Shown here: positions 24,020-37,575 of the stretch, piece by piece
Layout of the letters: each line of letters begins with the position of its first letter
Position numbering within the stretch: the stretch's first letter is position 1
Source: Scenedesmus sp. PABB004
Taxonomy: Eukaryota
Direction: 5' to 3'
DNA: 64,000 nt
NCBI GenBank assembly: GCA_014905635.1
Contig: CM026547.1
Span: forward strand, 806,001-870,000
Notes under the pieces: model-generated
Told to the model about the DNA's origin: nothing
What the model saw: the letters and a program-made list of their open reading frames with translations, nothing else
The model's database searches: none
Made by a program: the position numbers and the translations under genes

Positions 24020-24497
24020 CTAGACCGCCGCGGCCCGCAGCGCACGATACGCGGCGACCAGGCGCGCGATGCGGTTGGCCGGCCCCGCGCGGCCCGGCCG
24101 CGCCGAGGGCGTCGCCGCACGGCGGCCGCCGCCGATCGCGCCGTCGCTGGCGCTGCCGTTGCTGGCGCCGCTCGTGTCCACGTCGGCCTCGCAGCCGCGC
24201 TCGCCGGGCGACGCCCAGCTGCGCTCGGCGCTCAGCGGCGCGCTCGGCGGCACGTCCAGCGCGAGGTGCTGCTGGAGCAGCGCCTCTGTGCTCGCCCAGC
24301 GCGGCGGCTCGTCGACGCCGCCGCCGCGGGCAGCAGCTGCCCCAGCACCCGGCGCGCCGACGGCGGATAGAAGCGCGCGGCAATGGGCACCGGCCCCGCG
24401 GCCGCGGCCGCCGCCGCGGCCACGACGCGCTCCGGCGAGCCCTGCGCGGGCGCCGGCGGGCTGCCGGCCGCGCCCGCGCCCGCCGGCGGCCAGCCGC

Positions 24498-24541
<44 letters not shown>

Positions 24542-27102
24542 GCGGGCGCCTCGCCGCCGCGCGCCGCCGCAAAGCCGGCCCGGTAGGTCCCCAACAGTCG
24601 CTGCAGCGCGGGCGAGCCCAGGCGCGCAGCAGCCGCGGCCGAGCTGCCGGCGGCCTCGCGCGGCGGCGGCGCCTTGGTGGGCGTGGCAAACTCGTCGCCG
24701 CCGCCCGCGCCCGCAGGCGGGCGTGCCGCGCCGTACGCTCGCATGGGACTCAGGTGAGGCCGGTCCGCGCCCGGTCCGAGCTGCGGCCAGGGCAGCGGCC
24801 GCCGCTCCTGCCAGCTCGGCTGCGCCGCCGGCGCCGGCGCCGCCACGCCGCCGCCGGCCGCGCCCCCGGGGGCGAGGCAAACAGCGAGCGCACCACGCGC
24901 GCCCCGGGCGCGTCGCCCGCTGCCTCCTCCCACGCGGGCCGCTGCTGCTGCGGGCTCCAGCCCTCGCCGCCCGCTGCCGCGGCCGCCGACACGCCCGCCG
25001 CGGCGGCGGCCGCCGCCACGTTTGCGTGCGCGCGCGCGCTGCCCGGCGACCCCGCGCCGGCCACCGTGGCGGTGACGGCCGCCGCGGCAGCGACGGCAGC
25101 CGCGACCGCGACCTGGGACACCCCGGCCGCCGCCGCCGCGCCGCGACCGGCGCCGGCCTCGCGCCCGGGGCTGCTGCCGGGCAGCGGGGCGGGCAGCCAG
25201 CCGGCGCCAGGGCTGCCGATCGCGGCCACCGCCGCGGCCGAGGCCGCAGCGGCGACGGCGGCGGTCAGCTCAGCCGCGCACGCGTCGTCGTCGTCGGTCT
25301 GCACCGCCTCGTCCTTTGGCGGCGACGCGGTCTGCGTGGCGGCGTCCGTGCCCGGGCTCCACGGCGCGCTGCTGCCAGCGGGCGGGCCGGGGCCGCCCGC
25401 GCCCTGCAGCCGCTGCTGCCAGCGCTGCTGCTGCCGCGCCTGCAGCCCCTGCCAGGGCGGCCGGCTGCCCGCGTGCGGCGCCGCGCCGCGCTGGCGCGCT
25501 GCGCTGCCCCCGCCGGGGTGGCCCGGCGGCCGCCAGGCGGCCCCTGGCCGCTGCGGCGGGCTGGCGGACGAGGGGCTGCTGCTGGCGGCGCGCTGCGCTC
25601 CTGGGATGCCGCCGCCTGCGGCCGGCCTGCTGCTGGCCGCTGCTGCGGCGCCGGGCATCGCGCCCGGGAGCGAGCTCGCCACGTCGGCCACGCGCTGCCT
25701 GGCCCGCCGCGCCGCCGCTGCGGCTGCCAATGCGGCAGGCGAGCCGTGCGCGGCAGGCGAGCCGTGCCCGGCCGGCGAACCGGCGGCAGCGGCGGGCGCT
25801 TGCGGCGGCGACGCGCTCGCTGAGCGCGCCCGCTCGCTGCTGAGCTCCCGTTGCAGCTGCGGCACCAGAAGGCGCAGCTGCTCCAGCTGCTGCTGCATGT
25901 CGGCAACCACCGCAGCTGGCAGCTCCGGCCGTCGCCGCTCCTGCGGCGACGCGTGCGGCGAAGCGTGCGGCGACGCGTGCGGCGACGCTGACGGTCGCCT
26001 CGGCTCCTGCTGCTGCTGCTGCTGCAGCTGCTGCCGCTGCTGCAGGGGAGGCGCATCCTGCCGCTCCTGCTCCGGCTGCCTGCCCTCCAAAAGCTGCTGC
26101 AGCTGCGCCTGGTTCTGCTGCAGCAGCTCGCCCAGCCGCGCGTGCAGCGCCTGCTGCTCCGCCTCGCTGGGGGCTGCCGCGCTGGCTGCCGCCTGCCGCG
26201 TCGGTGCCTGCTGCCGCCGCCCAAGTGCCGCCTGCTGCTCTCGTGCCTGCTGCGCCTGCGCCTGCCCCGGCTGCGTTGCTGCGAGGGTGTGCAGCTGCTG
26301 CAGGTTTTGCCGCAGCAGCCAGCTCAGGCGCGACGCGCCGGCGGGCGGGCTGTCAGCGGACGGTTGCTCCAGCCCCCTCTCCAGCTGCGGCAGCTGCTCG
26401 CCGCCCGGCGCGAAGGGCGGCAGCGGCGACGCCGCGCGCTCGCCGCGGGAGGGCGAGGCAAACTCAAAGCTGCCCCTGCGGCCGCTGGCCGTGCTCGGCG
26501 GCTCTGGGTGCGGCTGCTGCGCCGGCGCCTGCTCCGACGCCTGCTCCAGCAGTTCCTGCTGTTCCTGCTCTGGCTCCGGCCCCTGCTCCCGCTCCAGCTG
26601 CTGCTCCTGCTGCTCCGGCGCGGCGTGCTCGCGAAAGGGAATGCCAGGCAGCGTGAAGCTGCAGCTCGGCGTCGGCGAGTCGCCCTGCGGCAGCGCCGGT
26701 CGACGGCGTGCGTGCCAGATATCAGTCCCCCACCCCTCACAACACACACTCTCTGACTGGCCAGTTGGCAGGGCGCCCACGCGCGGCGCCGCCGCCGGCA
26801 GCAGCGGGCGCGCGCCGCACCCGGGCCGCCTTGAGGGCCGTCAGCGAGTCGAACCAGCCCTGGCAGCGCTCCTCGAGCTGCTCCGAAAGCTCCAGCGGCA
26901 GAAATCGCGGCTGGGCCGCGGGCTCGGCCTCGATCGGCGCCGGGCTCGCGCGCGAGAGCAGCTCGATGTCCAACTCAACAACGCCGCCCTCGCCGCCGCC
27001 GCCCGGCGCTGCCGCATCGCCCAGCACGTCAGCCAGGTCCGGGAAGTTTATGCGCTCTGGCCCCGCCGTGTCGAAGGGGTTCCAGGCCTCGCGGCGCGGC
27101 AT
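24020..27102 (-). CDS. Unknown low-complexity Gln/Ala/Pro-rich protein with coiled-coil segments
   Basis: Exon 1 MPRREAWNPFD...WFDSLTALKAAR, then a long open Q-rich frame to ~24870. The continuation needs two apparent frameshifts (~24870, ~24325). Confidence 0.5.
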
Positions 27103-27461
27103 CGCTGCTGCGCCGGCGCGTGCGCGCGGCGTGCGCGGCGCGGCTGCCCCGGTCGGGGGCCGCCGCGGGCCGGGGAATGCCGCAGCGTCTGCCGTGCACC
27201 GGAGAGCTGCTGCACGCGCCAGCTGTCGCCCCGCCGTTCGCGCCTGCGCCCCGCTGCGCCCTGGCGCGGCGGCCGCCGACGGCGCGGCGGTGCGTGGGCC
27301 GCACCAGCGCCAGCACCAGCTCCTGCTCCCGAAGACTCACGACGCTCCGCCCGGCGCGGCCCGCGTGCTCCGCCCCCGGCCGCCAAGCTCCAGCACACCG
27401 GCGCGCCCCGCTGACCACCTCACGGGCGTCGCGGCAGGAGCGGAGTGCCACAGACGTCACC

Positions 27462-28939
27462 ATGCCGCGGCGCCAGGCGCAGCAGCTGCAGCGCGGCGCC
27501 GCAGCAGCAGCAGCAGACGCCGAGCCGTCCAGCAGCGATGGGGGCGGCGCTTCGGAGCCGTCAGATGATGGCGACCACGGCGGTGAGGCGCGCCGGCCGG
27601 CGCGGCACCCGGCAGCCGCGCGCGAGCCGCCGCCGCGGGCGGCGCCGCTGCCGCCGCTGGCGGCTGCGGGCTTCGCGGCGCGGGCTGCGGCTGCCGCGTC
27701 GCGATGCCGGTACCGCAGCCGTGTGCGCTGGCGCTGGCGCTGGCCAGCCGGCCGGCCCCCCGCCCAGCGCGGCGCGCGCTCACGCGACCGCCCGCGCCTG
27801 CGCCCGCGCGCAGCGCCGGACCTCGACGCCGGCTTTGACGCCGACGCGGAGGGGGGCCTGAGCAGCAGCGACGGCGGCGACGACGAGCCGCCGAGCAGCA
27901 GCGACGGCGGCGCTGGCGGTGCGGCGCCGGGCGGCGGCCCCGCTGCAGGCGCAGCGGCGGCCGACGGCGACGCGTTCTCGGACAGCGAGCTCGACGCCGA
28001 CCTGGACGCCGACGACGGCCCCAGCAGCAGCGGCGGCGGCAGCGACGACGACGACGAGGGCCTGGACGACGGCGACGCGCCGCCGGGCAGCAGCGACCCG
28101 GGCAGCAGCGAGAGCGGCGGCGAGGGCGAGGGCGGCCCGCGCGGCGGCGCGGCGCGCGCCTCGTTCCTGGACGGCGGCAAGGCGGCGTCGTTCGCCAAGG
28201 CGTTCTCCAAGATCATGGACAAGCCCGCCAAGGCCGCCGGCGGCGGCGGCGGCGGCGGCATCCTGTCGGAGAGCGCCAGCCTCGCCAAGCGCAAGGCCGA
28301 GGCCGCCGCCGACGACGCCGCCGCGCGCGGCGCCAAGCGGGCGCGGCAGGAGCTGCGCAAGCGCGGCCACCTGGTGCGCGCGCGCACGCCGCGCCCGCGG
28401 CCGCCGTGCCCGCAGCTGCCGCCGCCCCGGCCGCGGCCCACGCGCCGCCGCCGTGACCGCCGCCGCAGCGCGTGCCGCGCAAGGGCGAGGACCCCGCGGC
28501 CGACGCGCGCGAGAAGCAGCTGCAGAAGCTCGCCACGCGCGGCGTGGTGCTGCTGTTCAACGCGGTCAACAAGGCGCAGAAGGCCAAGCGCGACGCCGAC
28601 GCGGCCGGCGGCAAGGCCGCCAAGGGCGCCGCCAAGGCCAGCCGCGCGGGCTTCCTCGCCGAGCTCAAGGCCGGCGGCGCGGCGGCCGCGGCCGCGGCGG
28701 GCGCCGGCGCCGGCGCCGGCGACGAGCGGCTCGTGCCGGGCGGGCGGCCGCGCGGCGCCGCGCCCGCGCCCGCGGCCGGCAGCGCGGGCTGGTCGGTGCT
28801 CGGCGAAGGCTTCCCCGGGCTGAGCGGCGGCGTGAAGATGAAGGACTGGGACAAGGCCGCGCCGAGCGACGACGAGCCCGACGGCGCGGCGCTCGCGGGC
28901 AGCGACGACGGCGGCAGCGACGACGGCGAGGGCTGGTGA
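27462..28939 (+). CDS. RRP15: RRP15-like ribosome biogenesis protein
   Basis: Acidic N-terminus, SFAKAFSKIM...ILSES, EKQLQKLATRGVVLLFNAVNKAQK and GWSVL...KMKDWDK. Intron 28374-28468. Confidence 0.88.
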
Positions 28940-28948
28940 GGCGGTGCG

Positions 28949-28953
28949 TGTAA
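28949..28953 (+). promoter_or_regulatory. TGTAA polyadenylation signal after RRP15
   Basis: Chlorophyte UGUAA motif about 10 nt after the stop, conspicuous in this GC-rich background. Confidence 0.6.
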
Positions 28954-29187
28954 GGGAGCCGCCCGTCAGGCGCCTGGCCGACCCGGTGCGCCGTCCGCGG
29001 CCGCACGCCGTTGTGCCCTCGCGCTGCGCCGCCGCGTCGGCTTTTGCGGCTGGCGCGGCGCTGCGTCAATTGCGCTCGCGTCCCGCGCGCGCGCCCATCG
29101 CGACCGCCCCGCCGCGCCCTCGCGCACCGACCAGGCCCCCCAGCGCGCAGCAGCAGCTCAGGCCCGAGCAGCAGCAAGATCCGCGCC

Positions 29188-29895
29188 ATGCAGCTCGCCC
29201 GCGCGCCCGCGGCGCGGCTGGGCCGCCCAGCGACGCCAGGCGCGCCGGCGCGACCGCTGCGGGGCGGCGGCGCGCCGCTGCGCGCGCCGCGGCTGGCGTG
29301 CCGGGCGGAGCAGCAGCAGCAGCAGCAGCCGGCGGCGGCGGCGGACGGCGGCGGCGAGGCCGGGCCGACGGCGGGCCTGGACAAGCAGCTGAGCAAGCTT
29401 ACGCGGCAGACGGCGGGCACGTTTGCGCCGCGGTCGAGCACGGCCAAGGGCAAGAACCCGGCCGTGAAGGGCAGCGCGCTGTACACGGTGTTTGAGGTGC
29501 AGGCGTGGGCGGCGGTGCTCGCCGGCGGGCTGCTCTCGTTCAACCTCATCTGGCCGACCGACGAGCCCGCGATCCCGCGCCTGCTCGGCATGTGGAGCGT
29601 GTGGATGTTCACCATCCCGAGCCTGCGCGCGCGCGACTGCAGCGCGGCCGAGAAGGACGCGCTCAACCTGCTCTTCCTGCTCGTCCCGCTCATCAACGTG
29701 GCGCTGCCGTTTGTGTGGAAGAGCTTCGGCTTCATCTTTGCCGCCGACGTCGCCGCGCTCGTGGGCGTCTACGCGGCAAAGGGCGTGTGGGCGGGCACGT
29801 ACGGCATCCCGCTCGGCGCCGCCGCGGCCGCCGGCGACGCGCCGCCGCCGGCGGCGGCGGGCGACGGCGCGGCGGAGGGCGGCGATGCTCAGTGA
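29188..29895 (+). CDS. RPH1: RESISTANCE TO PHYTOPHTHORA 1-like chloroplast membrane protein, intronless
   Basis: Transit-peptide-like N-terminus, then TFAPRSSTAKGKNPA...LYTVFEVQ...GMWSVWMFTIPSLRARDC...EKDALNLLF, matching plant RPH1 as I recall it. Confidence 0.85.
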   Translation: MQLARAPAARLGRPATPGAPARPLRGGGAPLRAPRLACRAEQQQQQQPAAAADGGGEAGPTAGLDKQLSKLTRQTAGTFAPRSSTAKGKNPAVKGSALYTVFEVQAWAAVLAGGLLSFNLIWPTDEPAIPRLLGMWSVWMFTIPSLRARDCSAAEKDALNLLFLLVPLINVALPFVWKSFGFIFAADVAALVGVYAAKGVWAGTYGIPLGAAAAAGDAPPPAAAGDGAAEGGDAQ

Positions 29896-30327
29896 GCGCG
29901 CACGGGGCGCAGCGCCGCAGCGCGCCGCAGCACGGGGGCGGCAGCGCAGCGCGCCGCAGCGGGCCGAGGAGCGAGAGAGCGGGGGGCGCGACGGTGCTGT
30001 GTGACCAGCACCCCCCTTGCGCCGCCGCCGCGCTCGTCCAAGCGCGCCCGCTGGCGCGCGCCGCGCCGGCCCGCGCGGCGCGCCGGCGTGCCGGCGCCCT
30101 CGGCCGCCCGCGCGCCAATGCGGCGGACGCGTCGTGAGGCCCATCGGGCCCGCGGGCAGCTCGATTCGACAAAACCGCGGCAGCTCGGCGCGCGCGCTCG
30201 GCGCGGCCTGGTCGCGCGCGCGCCGCGGCCCCGGCCTCTCCGGGCCCTCTCCTGTCCCACCGTGCTACCCTCCGCGGCAGCACTCGCCCCACACCCCCCT
30301 CTCGCCCACCTCCCGCCCGCCGTCACC

Positions 30328-31394
30328 ATGTCTGAGCACGGTGAGGCGCGCGCGGCCTTCGGAGGCTCTGGGGACCGCCAGCGGTGCCAGCCGGGGCAGC
30401 AGCGGCGGCAGCACCGGCGGGCGCTGCTGCCGGCGCCAGCAGGCGGCGGGGGCAGGCGGCATGCATGCCCGCACCCCCGTCGGGCGGAGCGGCGGTCCCC
30501 GCGCGCAGCTGGAGCCGGCGCGGGCGCGGCCGGGCGCGCGGGGCGGCGTGGCCGCCGGCGCGGCGATGGCCCGGCCATCACGGCCCCCCCTGCGCCTCCC
30601 CGCGGCGCCGCGGAGCCCCGCGGCGGCGCGCGGGCGCCAGCGTGTCCCGTTGACGTGGGCGTCAGCCCGCGCCGCGGTCGCGCGGCGGCCCCTGCCGGCC
30701 GGGAGCAGGCGCTGCTGCCCGGCCGGGCGGTGGGCTCGCCCCGGGGCCGGGTTGCCGCTCCCCGCGCGCGCGTGACGCCCGGCGCCGATTAGCGGGCCCG
30801 GGGCCGCGCGCCGGCGGAGCGGCGCCGTGCCGGCGCGCCGGCGGCGCGGCCGCCGACCCGCGCCGCCCGCTGCCGCCCGCGCGCCGCCGCGTAGACCACG
30901 AGACCTTCGAGTCGACCGACGCGGGCGCGTCGCTCACCTTCCCCCAGCAGGCGGGCACCATCCGCAAGAACGGCTTCATCGTCATCCGCGGCCGCCCCTG
31001 CAAGGTGCGCAGCAGCGCAGCGCAGCAGCGGCGCCGCTGCGCTGCGCGCGGCGGACGGCGGCGGCCGCAGCAGCTGGCGCCGACGGCGGCCGGCGCCGCG
31101 GCGCAGGTCGTGGACGTGTCCACCTCCAAGACCGGCAAGCACGGCCACGCCAAGTGTAACTTCACCGGCGTGGACATCTTCACGGGCAAGAAGTATGAGG
31201 ACATGACGCCCTCGTCCCACAACATGGACGTGAGTCGCCGCGGGCCGGGAGCCGCGCCCGCGTTCCCGGCGCGCCCTGCGGCGCGCCCCGCGGCGCCCCG
31301 CCGCGGCTGCGCCGGGCACCGCGCAGCTGGCGCGCGCATCGGCCCGGCGCGCCGCCTCTTTCGGGCGCGTGCGGCGCTCCCGCCCACGCGCTGC

Positions 31395-31439
<45 letters not shown>

Positions 31440-31852
31440 CCCAGGTGCCCAACATCTCCCGCATCGAGTACACCATCGTCGACGTGAACGACGAGGGCTT
31501 CGTGAGTGCCCCGCCGCCGCGCCGGGGCCGCGCCCGCCGCCGCGCGGCGTGCCGGGGCCCGCCGCCGCGCGCCGCGCGCCGCCCGCCGCCGCCGCCGCGC
31601 GCCGGGGCCCGCCGCTGCAGCGCGCGCGCCGACGCCGCCCCGCGCCCGGCTGGCCGCGCGCACCAGGTGACGCTGATGCTCGAGAACGGCGACACGCGCG
31701 AGGACCTCACGCTGCCCAAGGGCACGGAGGAGGCGGAGAAGCTCGCGGAGCAGATCAAGGAGCAGTTTGCGGCGGGCCAGGAGATGGTCGCGTCGGTGCT
31801 CAAGGCCATGGGCGAGGAGATGATCAACTCGATCAAGATCATCCAGCAGTGA
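30328..31852 (+). CDS. EIF5A: Eukaryotic translation factor eIF5A, 5 exons
   Basis: Hypusine motif [12 protein letters not shown]. Exons 30328-30340, 30895-31004, 31108-31230, 31445-31501 and 31667-31852. Confidence 0.97.
31398..31437 (+). repeat. (CTG)n microsatellite at the 3' end of eIF5A intron 3
   Basis: Directly visible run. Confidence 0.9.
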
Positions 31853-32656
31853 GCCCGCGCGGCACGCGGAGCCCGGTGCGACGGAGGGCCGGGCGCGGCC
31901 GGCCGGCGCGCGCGGACGCGGGAGGGCGCGCGCCGCGCCGTCCGCGGCAGCTGCCGCTGCCCGCAGCAGCTGGCGGCGGCCGGCGCGGCGCCCTGCGGGC
32001 GGAGCTCGGCCGGGGACGCCGGCCCCGGCGCGGCGGTGTGGTGTTGGCGCGGCCGCACGGGCCGCCGGCGCGGCTGGCGTGCGCACCTCGTGCGCAGCCC
32101 CGCGCCGGCGGGCCGCGGCAGCGACGCTGGTGTGCTGGCGCGACGCGCGCCGGCGGCGGGCGGGTGGGGCGGCCCGCGGCCGCGCGCTGCACGCGGCGCG
32201 GCGCGCGCGGCGGCCCGCCGCGCATGTGCATTGCTGCGCGGCGGGCCGCCGCCGCGCCGCGCGGGCCGCGGCATCAGCAGGGAGGGCGGCATGGAGAGCA
32301 CGGAACGAGCGGCCTGGGGGCCCTTGCGTGCGCTGCCTCGCCGCGCGCGGGGCGCACGGCGCCGCAGTAGCGGCGGCGGCGTCGGGGAGCAAGCACAGGT
32401 TGTGTACGTCTTTACACACGGGTGTTGTTGCCGGCGCGGCCCCTCGCACGTAGGCAGAGGTAACACAGGGAGCTCGGACGCGCGCCCGCTCGTGGCCCAG
32501 CGCGGGTTTGGGTTATCGCCCACCAGGGCCCAGCAGCGGTCAGTGATGGAACAGCTGCGGCCGCCGCCGCGGCCGGCCCGGGCAGCAATGCGTCGCGGGC
32601 GCAACTCCAGCGCTCCACAACTCCAGGCGCCGTGCGCTGCGCTGCGCGCGAGCTGC

Positions 32657-34311
32657 TCACACGGCGAGGTGCCGCATGAGCAGCTGCTCGAACAGGCCTG
32701 CGCGCGCGTGCGGCGGGCGCGCATGCGTGGCGGCGCCGGCAGCCGGCCCGCCAGGCGCCGCCGCTTTTGTCTGTCCCGCCGCCGCGCGCGCCCGCACGCT
32801 TGCGCGCTGCCCGGCCCCGCGCCGCGCACCGTAGAGGTCGGCGTTGCCCGCGCCAAAGAGGCCCCGCGCCGCGCCGAGCGTGTCCTCCCGGCTCGCGCGG
32901 CCGCCGTTGAGCTCCTTGATCGCGACCAGGAACTGGCTGAACTGCTCGTACGACAGCCGCGCCCTGCGCACACGGCGGGCGCCCCGCGCGGGGCGGCGTC
33001 GGCGGGCGCGGCGCGCCGGCCCCGGCGCCGGGCTGCGGCGCCCCCGGCGGCCCGTGAGCGCGCGGCGCCGCGCCGCGCGGGCGCACCTGGCCTGCCGGAA
33101 AAACTCCTTGCCGTCCACGCGCGGCGAGCTGGCGGGCACGCCGCCGCCGCTGCCGCTGCCGCTGAGCCGCCCCGGCGTGCACGCCGCGCCCTGGCACGGC
33201 GAGGCCGGCGACGCGCGGACGCGGGCGTAGGGCTGGGCGGGCCCGCGCACGGCGCCGGCGACTTGTCGCCCCTATACGGCGACCGCGAGGCGTAGGGGTT
33301 GGCGCTGGGGCTGGGCGGCGAGCCTGAGCGGCGGCGGCGGCGGTGGCAGGGTCGGCGGCGGGTGGTGGTCGGCCCCCCCGCGGGTGCAGGCGCCAGCGCA
33401 GCGCTGCTGCGGCCCAGCCGCCCGCCCAGCGCACCGAGCGCTCTGCTGGCCGCCGAGCCCGCGGCAGAGAGCGCGCCCGGCTTTGCCGGCGACACGCGGC
33501 TGCCCAGCCTCTGCTGCTGCTGCTGCGGCTGCTGCTGCTGCTGCTGCTGCTTCTGCTGCGTCTGCGCCTGCTGCGCGCCCGCCGCGGCAGCTGCCGCGGC
33601 CGCCGCTGCCGCGATGCCGTCGGCGCTGTGCAGCACCTCGCTGACCAGGCGCTCGGTCGTGAGGTCCACCGCCGCCAGCGACGGCGCAAAGCCGCCCGCC
33701 GAGTCGGACTGCGGGGCCGCGGGCGCGGGTGAGCGCGGCGGGCGGGCGCGGGGCAGCGAGCGAGCGCGCCGTCGGCCGCGCGCGGCGCCGCGCACCTCCT
33801 CCTCGTCCTGCAGCGTCTGCAGCAGGTTGCGCTTGAAGTGCTCCAGTCGCGCGACCTCGCGGTTGAGCCGGCGCACCGTCTCGATCAGGGCGCTCTTCTC
33901 GGCCACGAGCTTGTGCTGCTCGCCCAGCGCGGCGCGCGCGCGCGCCTGCGCGTCGGCCGCCTCCGCCTCGGCGGCCCCGAGGCGCCGCTCCAGCGACTCC
34001 GCGTGCGCCGCCGCCGCGTCCAGGTCGGCGGCGAGCTGCCGGTTCTCGCCCTCCAGGCGCGCCGCCTGCGCGCGGCGGCGGCAGTTGGCGCGCCCGCTCG
34101 CCGCGGCGGCCAGCCCTCTGCGCCGCCGCCCCCGCCCCGCCTCCGCCACCCGCACCTGCTGGCCGTACGCGTGCGCCGCGATGGCATGCGAGAGCGCGAG
34201 CTGCGCCGCGCCGTCGCGCGGCAGCACCGCCAGCACGTCCGGCGGCAGCCCTCCGCCGCTTCCCAGCCGGCCTCCGCCGCCGGGGCGCGCGTAGGCGTCC
34301 AGCTGCTCCAT
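32657..34311 (-). CDS. At4g15545/NAIP-like coiled-coil protein
   Basis: LPPDVLAVLPRD, LNREVARLEHFKRNLLQTLQDE and C-terminal VDGKEFFRQARARLSYEQFSQFL..IKELN...LFEQLL. Minus-strand TGTAA at 32412-32416. Confidence 0.85.
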
Positions 34312-34581
34312 TCGGGGGTCCTCGGCGCGGGCTGTCGCACCAAGTTTGTACCTGCACACGCCTGACGCGCCCGCGCGGGCCACGGATGAGCGGTGGGCGG
34401 TGAGCACGATCCACGGCCGGCCCGGGCGGCGCAGCCGATGAACCGGGCGGGCGTAACATGGAGACCCTCTGACTGCGACCCTGCCGCGGGCCTGGATGCC
34501 GGGGTCACACTCACGCCGCGACCCGCCCGGGAGCGCTGCCGCGGGCACGCCACGACGGCCGGGTGGCCCGCGCCGCCGGCG

Positions 34582-36619
34582 ATGAACGCGATTGCGAGCA
34601 GACATGCGGGCCCCGCGCGCCTGGCGGCGCGGGGCCGGCCCGCCCCGATCCTGGGCGCCCGGACGCTGCCCCTCCGCGCGCCACAGCAGCCCGCCTGCGC
34701 GCCGCTGAGCCTGGCGCCCGCAGCAGCAGCAGCAGTCCGCAGCAGCCCGCCCGGGCCCGCCTGGGCCCGGCAACCGCAGCACCGGCCGGCGCCGGGCGTG
34801 TGCCAAGCAGCAGCAGCGGGCGACGCAGCAGGTGCGGCGGCGGCGCGGGCGGCGGCGCGGGCGGCGGCGCGGGCGGCGGCGCTGCGCGTCGGCAAGCGAA
34901 GCGGCGCCGGCAGGGGGCGTCGGTCGCTCCCGCCGTGTCCAATTGGGCGCCGCGCCGCGCCGCGCCGCGCCCGCGCCCACCCCGCGCAGCGGCCGACGAC
35001 AAGCCGTCGGGCGGCCTGGTCGCGCTGCTCGGCCTGGGCGCGCTGTTCGCGGGCTGGTACCTGGCCAACATCTACTTCAACATGTGCGCGGCGCGCGCGC
35101 GGCGCGCCCCGGGCCCGCAGCGGCGGCGAGCAGGGCACGGCGCGCGCCGGTGCAGCGCGGCCGGCGGCGGCAGCCGGCGCGCCGACTAGACCGCGACCGC
35201 CGCGACCGCGACCGCCGCGCAGCTTCAACAAGACGCTGCTCAAGGGCTTTGCGCACCCGCTGACGGTGACCAACATCCAGTTCCTCATCGGCATGGTGCT
35301 CTCCGCGGTCTTCTGGACCACCGGCCTCGTCAAGCGCCCGCGCCTCGACGCCGCGACGGTGCGGCGCCGCGCGCTCGCCCGCGCTGCGCGCTCGCCCGCC
35401 GCGCTGCCGCTCAGCAGCGGCGCGCCGCCGCGTCCGTGCTGCTCCCGCCGCGCGCGCTCCAGGTCGCGAGCGTGTACCCGCTGGCCATCATCCACGTGCT
35501 GGGCAACGTGCTCACCAACGTCAGCCTCGGCAAGGTCGCGGTCTCCTTCACGCACACTGTCAAGGTGCGCGCCGCCCCGCGCGCCGCCGCCCCGCGCGCC
35601 GCCGCCCCGCGCCCGCGCCGCGTTGCCACGCCCACGCCCACCCTCGCGCCTGCCCGCTCACGCACGCCCTCTCCTCCCCCGCCCGCCCGCCCGCCCGCCC
35701 GCCCGCCCGCCCGCCCGCCCGCCGTGGTCCCCCCGCCGCGCGCCAGGCGATGGAGCCCTTCTTCAGCGTGATCATGTCTGCCATCTTCCTCGGCGACGTC
35801 CCGCCCGTGCCCGTGCTGCTCACGCTGCTGCCGATCGTCGGCGGCGTCGTGCTCGCGTCGCTGAGCGAGACGACCTTCAACTGGACCGGCTTCCTCGCCG
35901 CGATGTTCAGCAACATCACGTTCCAGTCGCGCAACGTGCTGAGCAAGAAGTTCATGATCTCCAAGGGCGCGATCGACAACATGAACCTCTTCCAGGTCAT
36001 CACGATCATGGCCTTCTTCATGCTCCTCCCCGTCACCGTGCTCGTCGAGGGCCTGCCCTGCCTCCCGCACAAGCTCGCGGCCGCGGTGCGGCCGCCCACG
36101 CTGCGCGCGGGGCCGCGGCGCCTGCCGCCGCGCGCCGACGCCGCGCCGCCGCCGACGCCGCCGCCGCGGCCGCGGCCGCGCGCCCCGCGCGCGCGCAGGG
36201 CTTTGACTCTGCGGCGCAGGCCGACCTCGCGCGCCGGCTGCTGAGCGCGGGCATCTGCTTCCACGGCTACCAGCAGCTCAGCTACATGATCCTCTCCCGC
36301 GTCTCGCCCGTCACGCACAGCATCGGCAACTGCGTCAAGCGCGTCGTCGTCATCGTCGCGAGCGTCGTCGCGTTCCAAAACCCCATGGGCCCGCAAAACG
36401 CGTTCGGTGCGCGCCGCGCCGCCGCCGCCGCGGGGCCGCGCCGCGCCGCGGGGCCAGCCGGCGGGCGCGGTTTCGATGCGGCGCCGCGGCGCCCGCGCCC
36501 GACCCGCACGCCCCGCGCCGCGCCGCGGCCGGCGCGCAGGCACGGGGCTGGCCATGTTTGGCGTCTTCCTCTACAGCCAGGCGAAGCGCAAGTACAAGGG
36601 CAAGCCCGCGCAGGCCTAG
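34582..36619 (+). CDS. PPT: Plastid phosphoenolpyruvate/phosphate translocator (TPT family)
   Basis: Transit peptide, then [44 protein letters not shown] and [17 protein letters not shown]. Confidence 0.88.
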
Positions 36620-37575
36620 GCGGCGGCACACGCGCGCGCCCGCGCGCAAGGTGGCCGCGCGGCCCCGCCGCGCGCCGCGGCCCGCGTGCGGCCGCGGCGC
36701 GGCGCGCGGCGCACGCGCCGGCGGCGGCGTCGGAGCGCGCGGCAGCAGCGGCTGCAGCAGCGGCGCGCGTGGGGAGGACGGGGCTGGGCGGGCGCGGCGG
36801 GGGCTGTGAGCGCAGCGGGCGTTGCGGGGGGAGCACTGGAGCCCAGGCGGCTGCCGCGGTCGGGGGCGTTAGGTGCGGGCCAGCGCCCGCTGGCAGGGGG
36901 CCCGGCCGGCGCTTCATTCGTGCCGCCGGTCTTGCATAGGCGATTGATTGCGCGCTAGAGGCCCGTTTTTGGACGTGCGTGCGACGTGCGTGCGACGTGC
37001 GCGGGCGCTGGGTGCTGTGACGCACCGGCGCGGGAATTGTGTGCATGCGCGCGGGGCAACGACGCGCGTCGACGACCGCGCCGCCGTGGCGCAGCGGGCC
37101 AGGGCCTGGCGCTGCGCCGCCACGGCGCTCCTGCGGTGTCGGTGCCCGGCCCCGCACACTCACCAGCCCGACGCGACCGCGCAGCTCGTGGCCAGCGCGT
37201 CAGGGCGGCCGGGCGGCGGCGCCAGAGGCGCCGGCGCGTCTGCTGCTGCTGCTGCTGCTGCGCAGTACTGCGTCGCGGGCGGCGCGTACCACCGCTCGAC
37301 CTCTCGGCAGCACGGGGACCGCGATCCCCAGCGCCGCCACGCGCGCACCAGCCCGGCGAGAGGGCATCGCCCAGGGCGCCACCGCCAGGCGCGAGCGAGA
37401 GCGCTCTTGAGCTGCGCCGTTCGCGTGGTGCGGACCCCAGACTCTCGTCGCGCCGGGCAGGTGCAGCGCGCCGAGCGCCGGCGGCGCCGGCAGCGGCGGC
37501 AGCAGCGGCGCGGTCCGCGGCGTCCGCGGCCGCAGCAGCAGTGCGCAGCTGCCGGGCCTCTCTCCCTCTGCAACC

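Noticed and set aside
36900..37570. Possible small gene between PPT and the LRR gene
   Set aside because: Some splice-like signals, but no consistent exon chain or recognisable motif.
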